The position numbers and the translations under genes were made by a program. 64,000 nucleotides of DNA, taken from Acidobacteriota bacterium (lineage in GTDB: Bacteria; Acidobacteriota; Vicinamibacteria; Vicinamibacterales; UBA2999). Below are positions 30,032-38,380 of the stretch, in pieces. A model generated the notes under the pieces. That model searched no databases and had not been told where the DNA came from. It saw only the letters and a program-made list of their open reading frames with translations. The stretch is from the NCBI GenBank assembly GCA_021730945.1, contig JAKFYH010000028.1:1472-65471 (forward strand), read 5' to 3'. Every line of letters begins with the position of its first letter. Positions within the stretch are counted from its first letter, which is position 1.

Positions 30032-31353
30032 TGGCGCTGGCGCCCACCGGCACCGTGCTCGCCAACGGCCTGACCGTGATCGTCAAGCCGAATCACACGA
30101 CGCCGGCCGTCAGCCTGCTGATTGCGGCGCGTATCGGCGCCTATGCCGATCCCGCCGACCGCGAAGGGACCGCCGCGCTCTGCGCGCGGGTACTCGACCG
30201 CGGCACCGTGACGCGGTCCGCCGCGGTGATTGCCGACGACCTGGACGGGCGCGGCGCTTCGCTCTCGGTGGTGACCGGCCGCCACCAGACGGCCATCAGC
30301 GCGACCTGCCTTGCCGGCGACTTCGCGGCCGTGCTCGGCCTGGCCGCCGACATCGCCCGCCACCCGGCCTTTCCCGACGCCGAGGTCGCCACACGCCGGG
30401 CAGACCTGATCTCGTCGATTCGCCAGGACGACGACAATCCCGCACCGATGGCGGTGGATGCGTTGGCGCGCGCCCTCTACGGCGTCCATCCGTACGCCCG
30501 CAAGATCCGCGGCACCGTGCCGAGCGTCGAACGCATTCGGCGTCAGGACGTCGTACGCTTCTACCAAAAAGGCTTTCAGCCGCAGGCCACGACGGTGGTC
30601 GTGGTGGGCGATCTGGACCCCGATGCGACGATTGCCTCGGTCGCCACGGCCTTTGGCGACTGGCCGGCCTCCGCCAGAGCTTCGGAGGACCAGTCCGGGT
30701 CGGCGCCACCGGCGGGACCGGCGGGTGTCGCCGTACCGGATGCCATCGCGCCCCACGAGCGCCGCCTGGTGGCGGTGCCGATGATGAACAAGGCGCAAGC
30801 CGATATTGCCTACGGCTTTGTCGGCATTCGCCGATCGGATCCCGACTACACCACGGTCTCGGTGATGAACAACGCCCTGGGGCAGTACGCCATCGGCGGG
30901 CGGCTGGGCGACAGCATCCGCGAACGGCAGGGCATGGCGTATTACGTCTTCAGCGGGCTCGACGCCACGCTCGGCCCGGGGCCGCTCACGATTCGGGCCG
31001 GTGTGTCGGCCGGCAACGTGGAGCGGGCGATCGCCTCGATCGACGAGGAGCTCACCGCGGTGGTGACGTCGGGGTTTACCGAGCAGGAAATCGACGAGTC
31101 GAAGAGCTACCTGATCGGCTCGATGCCGCGGCAGTTGGAGACCAATGCCGCGATCGCCTCGTTCCTGCTGACCACCGACTTCTTTGGCCTGGGCCTGGAC
31201 TACGATGTTCGCCTGCCGGGCCTGATCCAATCGGTCACACGTGATGCCGCCGTCGATGCGGCGCGCCGACTGCTCGACCCGGCGCGCGCGACCATTGCCG
31301 TCGCCGGCCCATGGAACGCAGATCGCGCCGACGACGGCCAGGGCCACAGATGA
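30031..31353 (+). CDS. M16 family peptidase, non-catalytic partner subunit
   Basis: 440 aa. The start overlaps the upstream stop (TAATG). It has the M16 fold ('LANGLTVIVKPNH') but no HxxEH motif. Confidence 0.75.
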   Translation: MALAPTGTVLANGLTVIVKPNHTTPAVSLLIAARIGAYADPADREGTAALCARVLDRGTVTRSAAVIADDLDGRGASLSVVTGRHQTAISATCLAGDFAAVLGLAADIARHPAFPDAEVATRRADLISSIRQDDDNPAPMAVDALARALYGVHPYARKIRGTVPSVERIRRQDVVRFYQKGFQPQATTVVVVGDLDPDATIASVATAFGDWPASARASEDQSGSAPPAGPAGVAVPDAIAPHERRLVAVPMMNKAQADIAYGFVGIRRSDPDYTTVSVMNNALGQYAIGGRLGDSIRERQGMAYYVFSGLDATLGPGPLTIRAGVSAGNVERAIASIDEELTAVVTSGFTEQEIDESKSYLIGSMPRQLETNAAIASFLLTTDFFGLGLDYDVRLPGLIQSVTRDAAVDAARRLLDPARATIAVAGPWNADRADDGQGHR

Positions 31354-31541
31354 CACAGATATCGCAGACAGGGCCGGTGCGTGCTGTGTTTTTCGACGTC
31401 GATTTCACGCTGATCTACCCGGGGCCGACGTTTCAGGCCGAGGGCCACAGATGACACAGATATCGCAGACAGGGCCGGTGCGTGCTGTGTTTTTCGACGT
31501 CGATTTCACGCTGATCTACCCGGGGCCGACGTTTCAGGCCG
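31340..31541. repeat. Perfect 101-bp tandem duplication (2 copies)
   Basis: 31340-31440 is identical base for base to 31441-31541. The next 5 nt (agggc) repeat the unit start. Confidence 0.95.
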
Positions 31542-32158
31542 AGGGCTATCGGCTGGCGTGCGCCGAAATGGACATCGAGGTGGACTCGGCGCGCTTCGAT
31601 CACGCCACCGCGGCGTCGTCGTTCATCCTCGATGATGTTGAAGAGCCGGCCTACAACCACGACCTCTTCATTCACTACACCGCGTCGATCATCGAACACA
31701 TGGGCGGCCGCGGCCCGAACGTCGTGGCGGTGGCCCGCCGCATTTACGACCAGTGGGCCGTCAATCATCATTTCGAGATGTACGACGATGCGGCGCCGGT
31801 GCTGAAAGGGTTGCAGGAGCGCGGCCTGAAGGTGGGGGTGATCTCCAACTCGCACCGCAGCCTCGACGCCTTCCGCGAGCACTTTTCACTGACCGGTCTG
31901 ATCCACGTGTCGATCTCGTCAGCGGAACACGGCTACATGAAGCCGCATCCCAGCATCTTTGGCGCCGCGCTGCAGCGCGCCGGCGTGCAGGCGGGCGAGT
32001 CGCTGATGGTTGGCGACAGCGTGAAACACGACGTGGAGGGTGCGCTGAAGGCCGGCATGCGCGCCGTGCTCCTGCGGCGCCTGGGCGAGGCCCCGCCCGG
32101 ACTGCCGCCCAACGTCCCCATGATTCGGACGCTGGCCCACCTGGAACGGGTGATTTAA
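31451..32158 (+). CDS. HAD-superfamily hydrolase
   Basis: The start is 'MTQISQTGPVRAVFFDVDFTLIY' (DxDxT motif), with later motifs 'VISNS' and 'MVGDSVKHDVEGA'. The start lies in the second copy of the 101-bp duplication. Confidence 0.75.
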   Translation: MTQISQTGPVRAVFFDVDFTLIYPGPTFQAEGYRLACAEMDIEVDSARFDHATAASSFILDDVEEPAYNHDLFIHYTASIIEHMGGRGPNVVAVARRIYDQWAVNHHFEMYDDAAPVLKGLQERGLKVGVISNSHRSLDAFREHFSLTGLIHVSISSAEHGYMKPHPSIFGAALQRAGVQAGESLMVGDSVKHDVEGALKAGMRAVLLRRLGEAPPGLPPNVPMIRTLAHLERVI

Positions 32159-32165
32159 GACAGAG

Positions 32166-32999
32166 ATGACCGATATCCACATTCGCGACCTCACGACCAT
32201 CGCCGACTTCAGAAAGGTCGTCGAACTGGAACACGCCATCTGGGGCTACACCGACAGCCTCGACGTGGTCACCGTTCCGGTCTTCATCTTCACCGTCAAG
32301 CGCGGCGCCGTGCTGATCGGCGCGTTCGATCGTGACGACCGGATGGTGGGCTTTGCCTACGCCGTGGTGGGCATGAAGCACGGCCAGCCGATGTTGTGGT
32401 CGCACATGACCGGCGTATTGCCCGAGTACCGCGGCGGCCTGGGCTATCGCCTGAAACTTGAGCAGCGTTCGCGGGCCCTGGCGCAGGGTTACACACTGAT
32501 CGAGTGGACATTCGACCCGATGCAGGCAATGAACGCGCACTTCAACTTCGCCAAGCTCGGCGGCGTTGTCGAGGAGTACGCCGAGAATTTCTACGGTGAG
32601 TCGACCAGTGCGCTCCACCGCGGTACACCCACCGACCGCGTGATTGTCAGCTGGCGCATCGCCGAGCCGCACGTGGTACGGCGGCTGGACCAGACCCCTG
32701 GACTGCACGCCCGATCGCATGACGTGGCACAAGCACCGGTGGCCAATGCGACGACCGTGCACGGCGCCTGGCGTGACGTGGAGATCATTGACCTCGGCAT
32801 CGATGAGCGGCGGTTGTGGATCGAGATTCCCACCGGCTTCACCCAAATGCAGCAGGAGGCGCCTGAGCGGGCCCTGCAGTGGCGCCTCCAGGTGCGCCAG
32901 ATGTTCCAGGCTTACTTCGCCAAGGGCTATCGCGCGGTCGATTTCGTGTTGCAGCGAGAGGCCGGCTTCGGGCGATACCTGCTGGCGCGGCCGGAATAG
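32166..32999 (+). CDS. GNAT-like acyltransferase-fold protein, function unknown
   Basis: 277 aa. The segment 'VLPEYRGGLGYRLKLEQRSRALAQGYTLIEWTFDP' resembles an acyl-CoA N-acyltransferase core. This call is by resemblance only. Confidence 0.45.
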   Translation: MTDIHIRDLTTIADFRKVVELEHAIWGYTDSLDVVTVPVFIFTVKRGAVLIGAFDRDDRMVGFAYAVVGMKHGQPMLWSHMTGVLPEYRGGLGYRLKLEQRSRALAQGYTLIEWTFDPMQAMNAHFNFAKLGGVVEEYAENFYGESTSALHRGTPTDRVIVSWRIAEPHVVRRLDQTPGLHARSHDVAQAPVANATTVHGAWRDVEIIDLGIDERRLWIEIPTGFTQMQQEAPERALQWRLQVRQMFQAYFAKGYRAVDFVLQREAGFGRYLLARPE

Positions 33000-33017
33000 C
33001 GCCGGAGGCCGGGTCGC

Positions 33018-33359
33018 CTACCCCGGTGGCCAGCTGAGCGTGCGCCCCCCGAGCAGGTGCAGGTGAACGTGGAACACCGTTTGGCCCGCCTGCGCGTTGC
33101 AGTTGAAGACGGTCCGGTAGCCGGGGCCGTCGAAGCCCTTGTCTTTGGCGATGGCCGCCGCCCGCCGCACCATTGCTCCCACCAGTCCGTCATCGCCATC
33201 AGCCAGATCGTTGAGGGTGGCGATATGCCGCTTGGGCACGATCAGCACGTGGGTGGGTGCCTGCGGATTGATGTCGTTGAAGGCGATCAATTGATCGTCC
33301 TCGTAGACCCTGGCGGCGGGGATCTCGCCGGCGATGATCTTGCAGAACAGGCAGCTCAT
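33018..33359 (-). CDS. HIT-family (histidine triad) nucleotide hydrolase
   Basis: 113 aa: 'CLFCKI...APTHVLIVPKRH...HVHLHLLGG'. Confidence 0.85.
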   Translation of the reverse strand: MSCLFCKIIAGEIPAARVYEDDQLIAFNDINPQAPTHVLIVPKRHIATLNDLADGDDGLVGAMVRRAAAIAKDKGFDGPGYRTVFNCNAQAGQTVFHVHLHLLGGRTLSWPPG

Positions 33360-33382
33360 GGGGATACATGCTTACATAAATG

Positions 33383-33462
33383 CGGGAGCTCGGGAGCTCG
33401 GGAGCTCGGGAGCTCGGGAGCTCGGGAGCTCGGGTGCTCGGGTACTCGGGTGCTCGGGTGCT
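33383..33462. repeat. Octamer tandem array (10 units)
   Basis: cgggagct occurs six times (33383-33430), followed by cgggtgct, cgggtact, cgggtgct and cgggtgct (33431-33462). The array fills most of the prmC-HIT spacer and abuts the prmC stop codon. Confidence 0.9.
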
Positions 33463-34301
33463 TAGGTGCGTTGGGCGACGACCACTCGGGGGATGCCCTG
33501 CAGGTCTGGGCTGATGCGTTGCAGGGTGAGTGATTCGCCGGCGGCGATCAGCTCGGTGACCGCCGGCGCCTGTTGGTGGCCGATCTCCATCAGCAGCGTC
33601 CCGCCACGCTCGAGCTTCCCGGCGGCGCAGGCCAGGACGCCGCGGACGTCGTCCAGGCCGTCCGGTCCGGCGGCCAGGGCCGAGCGCGGCTCGAAGTCGC
33701 GGACCTCTGGGGCGAGTGCGACGTACTCGGCTTCGGTCACGTACGGCGGATTCGAGACGATCAGGCCGAATGGACCGGGGATGCCTTCAAGATAGCGGGT
33801 CTCACGAAACTCAATCCGATTGGCGACGGCGTGGCGATCGGCGTTGGCCTGCGCGGTCGCCAGGGCGGTCGGCGAAATGTCGGTGGCGATGATGCGCGCG
33901 CGCCGGCACTCGGCGGCCAGGGTCACGGCGAGGCAGCCGCTGCCGGTGCCGATGTCGGCGGCGGTGGCAAACACCAGCGACAGCGCGATCTCGATGATCA
34001 ACTCGGTTTCCGGCCGCGGGATCAGTACCGCCGGCGACACGGCGAAGTCGCGGTTCCAGAACTCCTGCACGCCGGTGATGTAGGCGATCGGTTCTCGGCG
34101 ACGGCGGCGTTCGATCGCAGCGGCGTAGCGGGGGTCGAAGCCGTCGGGCGGCGGATCGAGATCGCGGGCGTGGAGGGTGGCGCGGTCCCAGCCGAGCGTG
34201 TGCATCGCCAGCAGCAGCACGTCGCGCGCGGCTTCCGGCGGCGCGATGCCGGCCGCGACGAGAATGGCCTTGGCCGCGGTGAGGTGCTGCCGGAGTGTCA
34301 T
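33462..34301 (-). CDS. prmC: Release-factor glutamine N5-methyltransferase
   Basis: 279 aa with the SAM motif 'DIGTGSG' and 'VSNPPYV'. It lies directly downstream of prfA. Confidence 0.85.
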   Translation of the reverse strand: MTLRQHLTAAKAILVAAGIAPPEAARDVLLLAMHTLGWDRATLHARDLDPPPDGFDPRYAAAIERRRRREPIAYITGVQEFWNRDFAVSPAVLIPRPETELIIEIALSLVFATAADIGTGSGCLAVTLAAECRRARIIATDISPTALATAQANADRHAVANRIEFRETRYLEGIPGPFGLIVSNPPYVTEAEYVALAPEVRDFEPRSALAAGPDGLDDVRGVLACAAGKLERGGTLLMEIGHQQAPAVTELIAAGESLTLQRISPDLQGIPRVVVAQRT

Positions 34302-34333
34302 GTCGGGACCAGCCTGGCCGTTGGCGGCCCGGC

Positions 34334-35410
34334 CTACTGGCCGCTCTGCGTGACTTCGCGCAGCTTCTCCGCCGTGTAATAGGTCGAGAGCGCATCGATC
34401 AACTCGTCGAGATAGCCATCCATCACGTCGTGCAGTTGATGGGAGGTGAAGTTGATGCGGTGATCGGTGACGCGGCTCTGCGGGAAGTTGTAGGTGCGGA
34501 TCTTCTCCGAGCGATCGCCGGTGCCGACCTGGCTCTTGCGGTCCTTGGCAATCGCGTCGTGCTGCTTCTGCATTTCCGCGTCGTAGAGACGGCTGCGCAG
34601 CACCTTCATGGCCTTGGCGCGGTTCTTGACCTGCGATTTTTCGTCCTGCTGCGACACCACCGTGCCGGTGGGAATGTGGGTGATGCGCACCGCCGAGTAG
34701 GTGGTGTTGACGCTCTGGCCGCCCGGTCCGCTTGAGCAGAACGTATCGATGCGCAGATCCTTCTCCTGGATCTGAATGTCGACCTCGTCTGCTTCCGGCA
34801 GCACCGCGACGGTCGCCGCCGAGGTGTGAATGCGGCCGGCCGACTCGGTGGCCGGCACGCGCTGTACCCGGTGGACGCCACTTTCGTACTTCAGCTTGCT
34901 GTAGGCGCCCTTGCCCTCGATGGCGACCACGACGTCCTTGACGCCGCCCTTGTCGGCTTCGCTGAGCGACATCAACTCGATCTTCCAGCGCTGGCGCTCG
35001 GCGTAACGGGTGTAGGCGCGATAGAGCTCGCTGGCAAACAAGGCCGCTTCCTCGCCGCCGGTGCCGGCCCGAATCTCCACCATGACGTTGCGGTCGTCAT
35101 TGGGGTCCTTCGGCACCAGCAGGATCTTGATTTGATCCGACAGGCGCTCCTTGCGGACGTTCAGGTCGTTGAGCTCCTCGAGGGCAAGATCGCGCATCTC
35201 AGGGTCGCCGCCCTTGATCATCTCCTCGGTGCCGGCGATCTCCTGCGAGACGGCCTTGTAGGCGCGGTAGGTCTGGACGAGCTCCTCGATCTCCGCCAGC
35301 GCCTTGGACTGCTTGCGGAACTCGTTGGCGTCGCTCTGCACGGCGGCCGTGCCGAGCGAGGCCATCAACTCCTCGTACTTACCCTCAACGGTTTCGAGCT
35401 TGTCAAACAA
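34334..35410 (-). CDS. prfA: Peptide chain release factor 1
   Basis: It has 'PAT' ('RVPATES') and 'GGQ' ('[11 protein letters not shown]'). I prefer the TTG start at 35410, which gives 'MFDKLE...' with an AGGAG 7 nt upstream. An alternative ATG lies at 35449. Confidence 0.93.
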   Translation of the reverse strand: MFDKLETVEGKYEELMASLGTAAVQSDANEFRKQSKALAEIEELVQTYRAYKAVSQEIAGTEEMIKGGDPEMRDLALEELNDLNVRKERLSDQIKILLVPKDPNDDRNVMVEIRAGTGGEEAALFASELYRAYTRYAERQRWKIELMSLSEADKGGVKDVVVAIEGKGAYSKLKYESGVHRVQRVPATESAGRIHTSAATVAVLPEADEVDIQIQEKDLRIDTFCSSGPGGQSVNTTYSAVRITHIPTGTVVSQQDEKSQVKNRAKAMKVLRSRLYDAEMQKQHDAIAKDRKSQVGTGDRSEKIRTYNFPQSRVTDHRINFTSHQLHDVMDGYLDELIDALSTYYTAEKLREVTQSGQ

Positions 35411-35433
35411 ACACAGACTCCTAAAGGTTGCCA

Positions 35434-35479
35434 GGGCCGCAGATGACACAGGATCTCACAGGGGCCGCAGATAACGCAG
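35434..35479. repeat. Two copies of the dispersed motif GGGCCNCAGATNACNCAG
   Basis: gggccgcagatgacacag lies at 35434-35451 and gggccgcagataacgcag at 35462-35479. The same motif (gggccacagatgacacag) heads each copy of the 101-bp duplication, at 31341 and 31442. Confidence 0.6.
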
Positions 35480-35532
35480 ATGCCCTAGAACCTGGTCTCG
35501 GTGGGGCGCCCCTTTATCGGGTGCCAGAACAT

Positions 35533-35778
35533 CTAGCCGCCGGAGACCGGCGGCAGGAACGCGACTTCGTCGCCGTCGGCCACCGCCGCCGTGAACCGCG
35601 AGTAATCGGCATTGACCGCGCACGAAATCGACTTCTGGTACGGAGACAACTCCGGAAACTCTTCCACCAGGCCGGCCCACACGGCGCCGACCGAGGCGCC
35701 GTCCGGCGCCTCGCGCACCAGCTCGCCGGCGCCGGCAATGTCGCGCAGCCGCGCAAACAGCCGAATCGTTATGCGCAT
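35533..35778 (-). CDS. moaD: Molybdopterin synthase sulfur-carrier subunit (MoaD/ThiS fold)
   Basis: 81 aa starting 'MRITIRLFARLRD' and ending '...FLPPVSGG' (C-terminal GG). It overlaps the moaE stop by 10 nt. Confidence 0.75.
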   Translation of the reverse strand: MRITIRLFARLRDIAGAGELVREAPDGASVGAVWAGLVEEFPELSPYQKSISCAVNADYSRFTAAVADGDEVAFLPPVSGG

Positions 35779-36242
35779 GCGAGCTTGCGCGCGTGCGCGC
35801 GCGCCTCGGTGTTGTCGGGGTCGGCGGTCGCGCCTTCGATCCACACGTCGCCGCCCTCAAAGTACTCGTGCTTCCAAATCGGCACGATCTGCTTGATGCG
35901 CTCGATCGCATAGCGCGCCGCCGCAAAGGCGTCGGCCCGGTGCGGAGACGCCGCGGCAATGGCCACGCTGGCCTCACCAATCTCCATGCGGCCGGTGCGG
36001 TGATGAATCGCCAGCCGCACCGCCGGCCACTCGGCCGCCGCTTCGGTCACGATCAGGTCCAGGCCGCGTAGCGCCAGGGCGTCGTAGGCCTCGTACTCGA
36101 GGTGGAGCACCCGCCGGCCCAGGTTGTGATCGCGCACCAGGCCGATGAAGGTGGTCACCGCACCCACACCGGTGGTGTCGAGCGTACGCACCAAGGCCTC
36201 GGTGTCGAGCGTCGCCGTCGTGATGGCAGTGAGTGCGGCCAT
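35769..36242 (-). CDS. moaE: Molybdopterin synthase catalytic subunit
   Basis: 157 aa: 'GAVTTFIGLVRDHNLGRRVLHLEYEAY...PIWKHEYF'. Confidence 0.85.
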   Translation of the reverse strand: MAALTAITTATLDTEALVRTLDTTGVGAVTTFIGLVRDHNLGRRVLHLEYEAYDALALRGLDLIVTEAAAEWPAVRLAIHHRTGRMEIGEASVAIAAASPHRADAFAAARYAIERIKQIVPIWKHEYFEGGDVWIEGATADPDNTEARAHARKLACA

Positions 36243-36247
36243 TGCAG

Positions 36248-37096
36248 CTAAGTAGTATACCGAGGGGCGATACCACGCCAGAAGTGATCGAGCGGGCGAT
36301 GGCCGCCGCCGAGTGGAATGCCCGGCGCCATGGCGCCGGCGACATAGGCCTTGGCGTCGCGCACGGCGTCGTGGAGGCTCGCGCCTCTGGCCAGGTGGGC
36401 GGCAATGGCCGCGGCGAAGGTGCAGCCGGTGCCATGGGTGTTGGGCCCGGCGATGCGCGGGCCGCTGAACTCGTGGAACTCGCCGCGCTCGAAGAGCAAG
36501 TCGACCACGGCTGGTCCGGCCAGGTGCCCGCCCTTGATCACGACCGCGGCCGGTTTGAAGGTGGCAATGCGGCGCGCGGCTTCGCGCATGTCCTCGATCG
36601 ACCGGATCGGCATCTTCGCCAGTACTTCCGCCTCCGGAATATTGGGCGTGACCACGCGCGCCAGCCGCAACAGGGTCCAGCGCAGGGCGTGCACCGCCTC
36701 CTCGTCCAGCAGGTGGTCGCCGCTCTTGGCCACCATCACCGGGTCCACCACCAGATTGGGGAGGTCGAACGATTCCACCGCCGCGGCCACGGCTTCAACG
36801 ATCTGCGAGGTTGCCAGCATGCCGGTCTTGACCGCCCGGCAACCAAAATCGCCGGCGACGGCTTCGATTTGGGCCGTGACGAAGTCATCGGGCAGGACGT
36901 GAATGCCGGTGACGCCGAGGGTGTTTTGGGCGGTAACCGCGGTGATCGCGCACGTGCCATAGACGCCGTGCGCGGCAAAGGTCTTCAGGTCGGCCTGGAT
37001 CCCCGCGCCGGCGCCGGAATCGGAGCCGGCGATTGTCAGGGCGGCCGGCAAGCCCCTCGACTCCGCTCGGGACAAGCCAGTAGAATTCGGTGTCAT
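36248..37096 (-). CDS. thiD: Hydroxymethylpyrimidine/phosphomethylpyrimidine kinase
   Basis: '[21 protein letters not shown]' and '[17 protein letters not shown]'. I chose the start 'MTPNSTG' at 37096; in-frame ATGs also occur at 37111 and 37129. Confidence 0.85.
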   Translation of the reverse strand: MTPNSTGLSRAESRGLPAALTIAGSDSGAGAGIQADLKTFAAHGVYGTCAITAVTAQNTLGVTGIHVLPDDFVTAQIEAVAGDFGCRAVKTGMLATSQIVEAVAAAVESFDLPNLVVDPVMVAKSGDHLLDEEAVHALRWTLLRLARVVTPNIPEAEVLAKMPIRSIEDMREAARRIATFKPAAVVIKGGHLAGPAVVDLLFERGEFHEFSGPRIAGPNTHGTGCTFAAAIAAHLARGASLHDAVRDAKAYVAGAMAPGIPLGGGHRPLDHFWRGIAPRYTT

Positions 37097-37712
37097 GACA
37101 TCACGCCCCATCGTTTCGCACGCATCCACGATTCTCGATCAGGTCACTACGCGCGCGGGCTCCGCCAACGTGTGGACCGGCGTGCAAGCCCTTTCCGTGG
37201 TGTTCGTCGCGGCGCTCACGGCGGCGGCCGCGCAGGTCAGCTTTCCGCTGCCGTTCACGCCGGTGCCGTTCACGGTTCAGCCGATGATCGTGCTGATCGG
37301 AGCGGCGGCGCTCGGGTCCCGACTGGGCGCCCTCAGCCAGATCCTTTATCTCACGCTTGGCCTCGCCGGCCTGCCGGTGTTTGCGTTCTCGCCGGAACTG
37401 CCGCAAGGGTTCCTGCGGCTGATGGGGCCGACCGGAGGCTACCTGATGGCCTATCCGCTGGCGGCGTTTGTGACGGGCCTGCTCGCCGAGCGCGGCTTCG
37501 ATCGCCGCTACCTGACCTCGATTCTCGCGATGGCGGTGGGCCTGACGGTGATCTTTGCCGGGGGCGTGCTCTGGCTCGCCAATGGCATCGGCGTCTCCGC
37601 GGCACTGGCCGTCGGCCTCTACCCGTTCGTGCTGGTTGACGTGATCAAGATCGTGGCGGCGGGCCTGGTGCTGCCAAGCGCGTGGAAGTTTCTGTCGACC
37701 AAGGCGCTGTAG
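37095..37712 (+). CDS. bioY: BioY-family biotin transporter S-component
   Basis: 205 aa, polytopic, with '[18 protein letters not shown]' and '[15 protein letters not shown]'. An alternative internal GTG start lies near 37170. Confidence 0.8.
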   Translation: MTSRPIVSHASTILDQVTTRAGSANVWTGVQALSVVFVAALTAAAAQVSFPLPFTPVPFTVQPMIVLIGAAALGSRLGALSQILYLTLGLAGLPVFAFSPELPQGFLRLMGPTGGYLMAYPLAAFVTGLLAERGFDRRYLTSILAMAVGLTVIFAGGVLWLANGIGVSAALAVGLYPFVLVDVIKIVAAGLVLPSAWKFLSTKAL

Positions 37713-37720
37713 GTCGCGCG

Positions 37721-38380
37721 CTACTTCCCGAAGATCAAGAAATACTGATACGGCAGGAAGGGCTCCTGGCGCACCAGCCGGAGCCCGGCCTTCGCGGCGT
37801 CCTTCACGACCACGTCGGGGCTGACGCGCTCCTCGGGTGAGGGGCCTGGGCCCGTCCCATCCAGCTTGAAGTCGACCACGCCGATCCGTCCTTGCGGCTT
37901 CAGTGCGCGGGCGAGATTGGCGAGCATGGTGACGCGGTCCTCCACCTCATGGTAGGCGTCCACGATCAGCACGGCATCGAGTGATCCGGCGGGCAGCCGC
38001 GGGTCGCTGTTCTGCCCGTGCACCGCGCGCACATTGGTCAGGCCCTCGCGTTGCACGCGGCGGGTGATGGCATTGATCATCTCGGTCTGCACGTCTTCGG
38101 CGTAGACCAGTCCCTGCGGCCCCACGCGGCGCGCCAGACGGATGGTGAACCAGCCGCTGCCGGCGCCAATATCGGCCACCACCGACGCCTCGGCAATGCC
38201 CATGGCGTCCATGATTTGGTCGGGCCGCTGCCAGAGATCGCGGTCGGGCGCCTCGAGCAGACCCAGATCGGAGGGCGGGAAGAGACGGCCGTGGCTGGGA
38301 TTCTGCGCCCACACCGAAGTGGCCACGGACAATAACGCGGCGAGGACGAGGACGCGTTTCACGTCCCCATCATCTCTCAA
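37721..38380 (-). CDS. Class I SAM-dependent methyltransferase with N-terminal signal-like peptide
   Basis: 'VADIGAGSGWFTIRLARRVGPQGLVYAEDVQ' is motif I. The N-terminus 'VKRVLVLAALLSVATSVWAQ' is signal-like. The start overlaps the permease stop (ATGA). Confidence 0.65.
   Translation of the reverse strand: MRDDGDVKRVLVLAALLSVATSVWAQNPSHGRLFPPSDLGLLEAPDRDLWQRPDQIMDAMGIAEASVVADIGAGSGWFTIRLARRVGPQGLVYAEDVQTEMINAITRRVQREGLTNVRAVHGQNSDPRLPAGSLDAVLIVDAYHEVEDRVTMLANLARALKPQGRIGVVDFKLDGTGPGPSPEERVSPDVVVKDAAKAGLRLVRQEPFLPYQYFLIFGK

Noticed and set aside
33383-33462. Tandem arrays at 33383, 58731, 28651 and 62623 considered as CRISPR arrays.
   Set aside because: The units are 7-18 nt and directly abutting, with no unique spacers. 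No cas genes are present in the window.
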